Of a stretch of 64,000 nucleotides of DNA, positions 57,430-64,000 are shown in pieces. The DNA is from an uncultured delta proteobacterium. GTDB lineage: Bacteria; Myxococcota_A; Polyangia; Palsa-1104. The stretch spans positions 160,001-224,000 of the forward strand of contig CAWAWS010000006.1 in the NCBI GenBank assembly GCA_963785725.1. Direction: 5' to 3'. Every line of letters begins with the position of its first letter. Position 1 is the first letter of the stretch. The notes below the pieces were generated by a model. It worked only from the letters and a program-made list of their open reading frames with translations. It searched no databases and was not told the origin of the DNA. Position numbers and translations under genes: made by a program.

Positions 57430-59831
57430 TCGCACGCGTCGCCGTCTTCGCGCCGGTACCGCGGGCGTTCGACTACCGCGTACCGCCGGCGCTGGCGACG
57501 GGAATGACGGTGGGCGCGCGCGTGTGGGCGCCGTTCGGCGGACGCGCGCTCGAAGGTGTCGTGGTGGCGATCGATCCGGCGGACGCGCATGGCGAGGCGC
57601 GCCCGTTGTCGCGGCGAGTGGAGGCGCCGCCGGTGTCGCCCGAGCTGATGCAGTTGGGCGCTTGGATCTCCGACTACTATTGCGCGCCGCCGGGTGAGGT
57701 CATGCGCTTGATGTTGCCGGCGGGCGGCAAGGCGCGGGCGCGACGACGTGTGACGTTGACGGCGGCGGGGCACGACGCAGCGGCCGGGCTGACGGCGGCG
57801 CTCGAGCCGATGTCGCTGCAGGGGCTCGATGGCGAAGCGCGCGGGCTCTTGCAGCAGCTCTTTGACAATCCTAAAGGTGGCGATGAAAAGGCGCGCGGGC
57901 TGCCGGCGCTGATCGAGCGTGGGCTCGTCGACGTGGCTGAGTCGGTGTCGACGCGCGGGGCGCAGATGGAGACGATCTTGCGTCCCGCCGGCGCGCTCAC
58001 GCCCGAGGCGCAGGTGACGCTGTTCGGGCGCGCCAAACGACGCGGCGAGGTCTACGCGCGCATCGCGGCGGCGGGCGAGATCTCGTTGTCGGCGTTGAAG
58101 GCGGAGGATGCGCGCGCTGGCGAGCATGCGCGCGCGCTCGTCGAGGCGGGGCTGGCGACCGCGGAGCTGCGCGAGCAGGCGGTGGCCGATCCGTTCGAGG
58201 ACGCCGCGCCCGACGCGCCGCCCGCGGCGTTGACGGCGGCGCAGCTGGCGGCGCTCGACGCCATCGAGCCGGCGTTGACGGCCGGTCGGTATGCGCCGTT
58301 CCTGCTGCACGGCGTGACCGGTTCGGGCAAGACCGAGGTCTACTTGCGCGCGATCGCGTCGGCCATCGCGCTCGGCAAGCGGGCGCTCGTGCTCGTGCCC
58401 GAGATCTCGCTGACGCCGCAGCTGGCGGCGCGCTTTCGCGGACGGTTCGGCGATCGCGTGGCCGTCTTGCACAGCGGGCTCAGCGATGCGGCGCGCGCGG
58501 ACGCGTGGCGGCGCATTCAGCGCGGGCAGGTCGACATCGCGCTCGGCGCGCGCTCGGCGGTGTTCGCGCCGCTCGAGCGGCTCGGCATCGTGGTCGTGGA
58601 CGAGGAGCACGATCCGTCGTTCAAGCAGGAGGAGGGCGTGCGCTACCACGGGCGCGACGTGGCGATGGTGCGCGCGCGTAACGCCGGCGCAGTCGTGCTG
58701 CTCGGCTCGGCGACGCCGGCGCTGGAGACGTTCGTGGCCGCCCGCGACGGGCGACTGACCCGGCTGGCGCTGCCGGAGCGCGCGACGCCGCGACCGCTGC
58801 CGACGGTGGAGATCGTCGACCTGAAGCAGCACAAAGGCGTGCTGACACACGTGCTGTTGCGCGCGATCGAGGACACGCTGAAGGCGGGCGAGCAGGCGAT
58901 CCTGTTCCTCAATCGCCGCGGCTTTGCGACGTTTTCGCTGTGTAAAGGCTGCGGCGAGGCGGTGCGTTGCCGGCACTGCTCGGTGTCGCTGACGTTCCAT
59001 CGCGGCGACGGGCGTCTCGTCTGTCACTACTGCGGCTTCTCGATGGCGCCGTCGAAGACTTGCAGCGCCTGCGGCAAGCCGGCGGTCGAGCAGCTCGGCT
59101 ACGGCACGGAGCAGCTCGAGGACATGCTGCGGCAGCAGTTTCCGGCGGCGCGCGTGGCTCGGCTCGACCGCGACACGGCGGCTGGTGATGGCCTGCGCCA
59201 GATGCTCGACGACTTCCGCGCGCGCAAGATCGACCTGCTCGTCGGTACGCAGATGGTGACGAAGGGGCACGATTTTCCGGGTGTGACGCTCGTCGGTGTC
59301 GTGCTCGCCGATCAGGGGCTGAACTTGCCCGACTTTCGCGCGATGGAGCGGACGTTTCAGCTGCTCGAGCAGGTCGCCGGACGCGCTGGACGTGGCGAGC
59401 GGCCGGGTCGCGTGATCTTGCAGACGTTCCGGCCGACGGCGGAGGCGATCACCTGCGCGCGCGATCATGACTACGAGCGCTTCGCCGACATCGAGCTGCG
59501 TTCGCGGCTGGAGCCAATCTATCCGCCGCATACGCGGATGGCGTGCGTGCGCGTCGACGGGGCCGATCCGCTGATGGTGCGCGACGCGGCGACGCGGGCG
59601 GCGGCGGCGGCCGCGAAGCTGGCCGAGCGGGCGCCGCCGGAAGCCAAGGCGACGGTGTTGGGACCGGCGGAGGCGCCGTTGTCGCGGTTGAAGGGGCGCA
59701 CGCGCTGGCAGCTGTTCACGCAGGCGACGCAGCCGAGCGTCGTGCGGGCGTTGGCGCGGGCGGCGACCGAGGTGGGTGCGCCGTCCGGGGTGCGCTTCAG
59801 CGTCGACGTCGATCCCATCTCCATGTTGTGA
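57426..59831 (+). CDS. priA: Primosomal protein N' (replication restart helicase)
   Basis: GVTGSGKTE, DEEH, Cys clusters, GTQMVTKGHDF, QVAGRAGR; TTG start overlapping galU stop. Confidence 0.96.
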   Translation: MIARVAVFAPVPRAFDYRVPPALATGMTVGARVWAPFGGRALEGVVVAIDPADAHGEARPLSRRVEAPPVSPELMQLGAWISDYYCAPPGEVMRLMLPAGGKARARRRVTLTAAGHDAAAGLTAALEPMSLQGLDGEARGLLQQLFDNPKGGDEKARGLPALIERGLVDVAESVSTRGAQMETILRPAGALTPEAQVTLFGRAKRRGEVYARIAAAGEISLSALKAEDARAGEHARALVEAGLATAELREQAVADPFEDAAPDAPPAALTAAQLAALDAIEPALTAGRYAPFLLHGVTGSGKTEVYLRAIASAIALGKRALVLVPEISLTPQLAARFRGRFGDRVAVLHSGLSDAARADAWRRIQRGQVDIALGARSAVFAPLERLGIVVVDEEHDPSFKQEEGVRYHGRDVAMVRARNAGAVVLLGSATPALETFVAARDGRLTRLALPERATPRPLPTVEIVDLKQHKGVLTHVLLRAIEDTLKAGEQAILFLNRRGFATFSLCKGCGEAVRCRHCSVSLTFHRGDGRLVCHYCGFSMAPSKTCSACGKPAVEQLGYGTEQLEDMLRQQFPAARVARLDRDTAAGDGLRQMLDDFRARKIDLLVGTQMVTKGHDFPGVTLVGVVLADQGLNLPDFRAMERTFQLLEQVAGRAGRGERPGRVILQTFRPTAEAITCARDHDYERFADIELRSRLEPIYPPHTRMACVRVDGADPLMVRDAATRAAAAAAKLAERAPPEAKATVLGPAEAPLSRLKGRTRWQLFTQATQPSVVRALARAATEVGAPSGVRFSVDVDPISML

Positions 59832-62518
59832 AAAAGGCGCTACCATTGCGGGTCGTGCAGCCGCCGTCCGTCGTCATCGCCGCCAACCCGTACGAGGCCG
59901 AGCTGTGCCGGCGAGCGCTCGTCGACACCGGCCTGCAAGTGCTCGTGGCCGACGGTGGCGAAGGCGCGCTCGAGATGGTCCTTAAGACGCGTCCACTGGT
60001 GCTGGTGGTGGCGCTTGGCCTCCTCGACGTCGATTCGCTCGATCTCGTGCGCGATGTGCGTATCGGCGACTCCAAGCTGCCCATTTTCCTGCTCGGCGAT
60101 CGCGAAGGCGAAGTGCGCGACGAGGATGCTGCGGCGCGGCTGGGTGCGACGCGGCTGTTCTTGCGGCCGATCGAGATCGACGCGCTGGCCGACGCCATCG
60201 AGAAGCGCGCGGTCGAGGCCGAAATTCACGACGAGGTGTCGGAGGCGATCGAGGAATTCAGCGTGCGGCCGCCGACGATCGATGCGGCGCCGCTGGTCGA
60301 GGAGTCGATCGTCGAGCTGGAGGCTGATTACGGCGACGACGAGTCGGACGACGAGCCGCTGAACGCGCCGCCGCAGCGCGTGCCGCGCGAGCCGACGCAG
60401 GTGCTCGGGCGCGACAGCGAGCCGGTCGCGCCGAGCTACGCGCGCGACGCGGTGCGGTCGGACGACGGGCTGCGCGGCGAGGCGCGCGCTTCGTTCGATG
60501 GACTGCGCGCCGCCGGTGCGCGCGATGCCCACGATGGCGGTCGCGATGCGCGCGATGGCGGTCGCGAAGCGCGCGATGGCGGTCGCGAAGCGCGTGACGC
60601 CGGCGGCGAGCGCGACGCGAACGGCACGGCGCGCACGGAGTTGGCGAGCGGCCGGCCGTCCAATGCGGGCAACAGCGACGGGCGCGCGTCGCTGCCGACC
60701 GAGACGGTGCCGCTGCGCGTGGAGCTGAAGGCGCCGTCGTCGGTGACGCTGACGGAGCCGCTGTTGCGCGCCGATGACGCGCTCGATGGCGTCGGCTTGC
60801 AGTCGCTGGTCGGCTCGCCCGATTTCGTACGCCGCGGCGAGCGTCCGGTCGACGCCGCCGACGCAGGCGCGCGTACGGCCGACGGCGAGCGCGCGGTCAA
60901 TCGCGGCGCCAGCAATCGCGCGGCCGTGACGAATCTCGCGGCGGGCGAGCGCCTCGCCACGAAGGACTATGCGGCGAGCGATCGCGCGGGCAGGGCCCCT
61001 CGCGCGACGGGCGAGCGCGCCGACGACGCGCACGGCGACGGCGAGCGTGGGCGAACGGAGTTCGACGAGCGCGGCAGCTTCGCGCGTCGCCTCGAGAACG
61101 AGCTGTCGGCGGCCGAGCGGCGCCTTTTTCCCAACACGCCGTCGACGGCGAGCGGTCGCGCCGAGCGGTACGAAGACGCGCTCGGCGACATCGATCTCGA
61201 CGCGCTCGGCATCGACACGATTCCCGGCATCGGCGCCGACGCGTTCGAAGGCATCGAGCCGCGCAACGGCAAGCCGCGCGCGACGTCGCAAGCGACGCCG
61301 GAGCCGCCGATCGTCAACAGCGGTGCGCGCGCCGACGCCATCGATCGACGCGCCGACGCCGTCGAGCCGCGCGGCCACATCGACGATCGCGCCGCGCGTC
61401 CGCCGCTGCCCGACGACGAAGGCGATCTCGCCGAAGCCGACCTGGCCACGCTCGTCGCCGCGCTGCATTCGGGCGGCTTCTCGGGCGCGCTGACGCTCGG
61501 ACGCGGCGACGGCGAGAAGACGCTCTTCTTCGACGATGGCCTGCTCGTCGGTGCGCGCTCGATGTTCGTGCACGATCGCCTGGCCGACCTGCTCGTGCGC
61601 GAGGGCACCATCGGCCGCGAGGCGCAGACGCGCGTGCGCGACATCGCGGACGGGGGCCGTCGCGCGGCGCTGCAGCTGGTCGAGCGCGGGCTCATCAAGT
61701 CGAGCGAGCTGTTCGCTGTTTTGCGCCGCCACGTCGAGGAGATCTTCTTCTCCTGCTTTGCCTGGGAGCGCGGTCATTATCGGTTGGGGCGCGAGCAGTC
61801 GGCGCCGGAAGATCGCGTGCGCATGGGGAGCCATCCGTGGGCGCTGGTCGTCGAGGGTGTGCGGCGGAAATACAGCCTCGAGCGGCTGGTCGAGCGTGTC
61901 GGCCCGCCCGAGACGGTGTTGACGCCGACGACGGCGCTGACGCGTGCGCTCGAGGACTGCGCGCTGACGCCGCCCGAGCGCGATCGCGCCGAGTTGCTCG
62001 ACGGCGAGCGTTCGTTGGCCGAGCTGCAGCTGGGCGCCGTCGGTGCGCCGCTGGCCGAGGCGGGCTTGTATGCGCTGGCGTGGGGCCTCATCGCCGTCGG
62101 CGCCGCGCGTTTCGACGGCGACGAGCCGGTGGCGGGCGTCGGCGTGCGCGCCGTGCCGACGCTGGTGACGACGTCGTACGATCGCCGCCGCCGGCCGCGT
62201 CCGCTCGAGCGCGCGCGCGATCGCGATGCCGACCGTGCCGTCGACAAAGAGCGCGTCCTCGCCAAGCGCGCGCAAGTGCAAGACGGTGACTATTTTGCCG
62301 TGCTCGGGTTGGCGCGGGATGCATCGCCGCACGAGGTGGCGCGGGCGTTCGAGCGGCTGAAGCGCGAATATGCGCCCGAGCGCTTCGCCGAGCCGTTGCG
62401 CGCGGAGCTGGCGTCGGCGTTGGCGGAGATCAGCGCCGTCCTCGACGAGGCCCACCGCGTGCTTGCCGACGACCGCGTGCGCAAGAGCTATCGCGACCAC
62501 CTGCCGCCGCCGGCCTGA
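59828..62518 (+). CDS. Receiver-like, long acidic linker, DUF4388-like and DnaJ-like domain protein
   Basis: Degenerate REC at the N-terminus; GDL...L..L...FSGALTL...KTLFF..G; C-terminal DYFAVLGL...YAPERF. Confidence 0.8.
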   Translation: MKKALPLRVVQPPSVVIAANPYEAELCRRALVDTGLQVLVADGGEGALEMVLKTRPLVLVVALGLLDVDSLDLVRDVRIGDSKLPIFLLGDREGEVRDEDAAARLGATRLFLRPIEIDALADAIEKRAVEAEIHDEVSEAIEEFSVRPPTIDAAPLVEESIVELEADYGDDESDDEPLNAPPQRVPREPTQVLGRDSEPVAPSYARDAVRSDDGLRGEARASFDGLRAAGARDAHDGGRDARDGGREARDGGREARDAGGERDANGTARTELASGRPSNAGNSDGRASLPTETVPLRVELKAPSSVTLTEPLLRADDALDGVGLQSLVGSPDFVRRGERPVDAADAGARTADGERAVNRGASNRAAVTNLAAGERLATKDYAASDRAGRAPRATGERADDAHGDGERGRTEFDERGSFARRLENELSAAERRLFPNTPSTASGRAERYEDALGDIDLDALGIDTIPGIGADAFEGIEPRNGKPRATSQATPEPPIVNSGARADAIDRRADAVEPRGHIDDRAARPPLPDDEGDLAEADLATLVAALHSGGFSGALTLGRGDGEKTLFFDDGLLVGARSMFVHDRLADLLVREGTIGREAQTRVRDIADGGRRAALQLVERGLIKSSELFAVLRRHVEEIFFSCFAWERGHYRLGREQSAPEDRVRMGSHPWALVVEGVRRKYSLERLVERVGPPETVLTPTTALTRALEDCALTPPERDRAELLDGERSLAELQLGAVGAPLAEAGLYALAWGLIAVGAARFDGDEPVAGVGVRAVPTLVTTSYDRRRRPRPLERARDRDADRAVDKERVLAKRAQVQDGDYFAVLGLARDASPHEVARAFERLKREYAPERFAEPLRAELASALAEISAVLDEAHRVLADDRVRKSYRDHLPPPA
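60532..60594 (+). repeat. 21-bp in-frame tandem repeat x3 (DGGR[D/E]AR)
   Basis: cgatggcggtcgcga[t/a]gcgcg repeated. Confidence 0.75.
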
Positions 62519-62524
62519 CGTCGC

Positions 62525-62623
62525 CGAGCGCGGCAAGCCCGGGAGCCGGCGAGCGCGGCAAGCCCGGGAGCCGGCGAGCGCGGCAAGCCCGCGTGCCGGC
62601 GAGCGTGGCAAGCCCGCGTGCCG
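62525..62623. repeat. Intergenic 25-bp tandem repeat x4
   Basis: cgagcgcggcaagcccgggagccgg units start at 62525, 62550, 62575 and 62600, with progressive divergence. Confidence 0.9.
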
Positions 62624-62876
62624 TCGACTGCGGCGTTCGGTGTTGCCGCGCGGCACGCCGTGCGTGTCCTGCAGCGTGGAATGCCCGTGCGTCGCCGAGC
62701 AGAAATGCCCGCAAGAGGCATCGTGGCGAAAGGAGGCCGCGGCCGCGCGTGTGGCCGGGCCGTCTTCGGCCGCGCGACGGCCCGACGGCACCGGCGGCGC
62801 GGCACGGCGCGAAAAGATCGGGCCAGCGCAAGAGCTTGCGCGACCGGTCGGCGCGGTCCTGCTAGATTCCCCGGCC

Positions 62877-63857
62877 ATGAGCAAGCTGCGTGTCGTCTTC
62901 ATGGGCTCGCCCGAGTTCGCCGTGCCCTGTCTGGAGGCGCTGTTGGCGACCGAGGAGGTCATCGCCGTCGTCACGCAGCCGGACAAGCCGGCCGGGCGCG
63001 GCCTCGGCATGCAGGCGCCGGCCGTCAAAGTGCGCGCGCTCGCGGCCGGGCTGCCCGTCTTGCAGCCGCAGTCGGTGCGCAAGCCGCCGTTCGTCGACGT
63101 GCTGGCGCCGCTGCAGCCGGACCTGTGCGTCGTCGTCGCCTACGGCAAGATCCTGCCGCCGGAGCTGTTGGCGCTGCCGCGGCTCGGCTGTCTCAACGTG
63201 CACGCGTCGCTGTTGCCGAAATATCGCGGCGCGGCGCCGATTCAGTGGGCCATCATTCGCGGCGAGCACGAGACCGGCGTGACGCTGATGCGCATGGACG
63301 TCGGCATGGACACGGGCGACATGCTCTTGACCGGCCGGCTGCCCATCGACGAGGAGGTGACGTCGGGCCAGCTGCACGAGCAGCTGTCGCGGCTGGGCGC
63401 GAGCGTGCTCACCGACGGTCTCGCGCGGCTGAAGGCGAACGCCCTGCCGGCCACGCCGCAAGATCCGGCGCTGGCGACGATGGCGCCGATGCTGACGAAG
63501 GAGACGGGGCGCGTCGACTTCGCGGCGGGCGCGCGGGCGGTGTGCGATCTCGTGCGCGGCTGCGATCCGTGGCCGCACGCGTATACGACCGTCGACGGAC
63601 AGCCGCTCAAGCTCTTTCGCGCCAAAGTGGTGAGCGGTCGCGGCGAGCCGGGCGTGGTGCTCGGCGCCGATCGCGACGGCCTGCTCGTCGGCTGCGGTGA
63701 CGACGCGGTGGCGTTCGCCGAGCTGCAGCTGCCGGGCAAGAAGCGCCTGCCGGCGCAGGCGCTGCTCGCGGGGCGCGCGATTCCGACGGGCACGCGCCTC
63801 GGCGTCGCAGCCGTCGACAGCGCCGGCGGCTCCGGCGGCGAAGTGGGTGAGCGGTGA
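62877..63857 (+). CDS. fmt: Methionyl-tRNA formyltransferase
   Basis: VFMGSPEFA, VVTQPDKPAGRG, NVHASLLPKYRGAAPIQ; ATG at 62877. Confidence 0.97.
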   Translation: MSKLRVVFMGSPEFAVPCLEALLATEEVIAVVTQPDKPAGRGLGMQAPAVKVRALAAGLPVLQPQSVRKPPFVDVLAPLQPDLCVVVAYGKILPPELLALPRLGCLNVHASLLPKYRGAAPIQWAIIRGEHETGVTLMRMDVGMDTGDMLLTGRLPIDEEVTSGQLHEQLSRLGASVLTDGLARLKANALPATPQDPALATMAPMLTKETGRVDFAAGARAVCDLVRGCDPWPHAYTTVDGQPLKLFRAKVVSGRGEPGVVLGADRDGLLVGCGDDAVAFAELQLPGKKRLPAQALLAGRAIPTGTRLGVAAVDSAGGSGGEVGER

Positions 63858-64000
63858 ACGCGCGCGACGTCGCTCGCCGCGTCCTCCAGCGCGTCGATGA
63901 AGGCGCCTACGCCACGCTCGCGCTGTCGGGCGAGCTCGGGCGCGGCCTCGCGCCGGCCGATCGCGGCCTCGCCACCGAGCTGGTCTACGGCGTGCTCAAA
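63854..64000 (+). CDS. rsmB: 16S rRNA m5C967 methyltransferase RsmB, N-terminal NusB-like part (3' truncated)
   Basis: MNARDVARRVL...GAYA...DRGLATELVYGVL directly after fmt (GTGA overlap). Confidence 0.85.
   Translation, partial: MNARDVARRVLQRVDEGAYATLALSGELGRGLAPADRGLATELVYGVLK

Noticed and set aside
62525..62623. Possible CRISPR array
   Set aside because: Units are contiguous with no unique spacers, and there are no cas genes.

Overview
High-GC bacterial chromosomal segment, very probably from a myxobacterium (Myxococcota). The evidence is a TIGR02266-like protein, a bactofilin with a Pro-rich tail, an AgmX-like protein, a PilT paralogue and a REC-DUF4388-DnaJ protein. Bases 1-19 kb hold housekeeping and myxobacterial accessory genes (pyrE, gshA, alaS, pilT-like, hpt, upp, GT2, FabZ-like, yjbQ, TPR lipoprotein). 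Bases 19-52.8 kb are the translation/transcription superoperon: tRNA-Thr/Tyr/Gly/Thr, tuf, rpmG, tRNA-Trp, secE, nusG, rplKAJL, rpoBC, rpsLG, fusA, tuf, and the S10, spc and alpha clusters. rplC and infA are absent from it. Right after rplQ lies an intact, translationally coupled but highly diverged minimal type III export-gate module: fliO-like, sctR/fliP, sctS/fliQ, sctT/fliR, an outer-membrane beta-barrel-like gene, and sctU/flhB. The SctU lacks the NPTH autocleavage motif, the SctR has a GMNT gasket, and no other T3SS or flagellar genes occur in the window; this is the best candidate for an undescribed system. galU, priA, a REC-DUF4388-J protein, fmt and the start of rsmB follow. Other signals are a recurring extended -10 box 6-8 nt before start codons (leaderless mRNAs), a stand-alone EF-Tu domain-II-like protein, a GT2-lipoprotein fusion with a coupled leader ORF, and related palindromic spacer elements. 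alaS, rpoB and rpoC carry clustered frameshifts that are most likely sequencing errors. All family assignments are by eye, without database searches.
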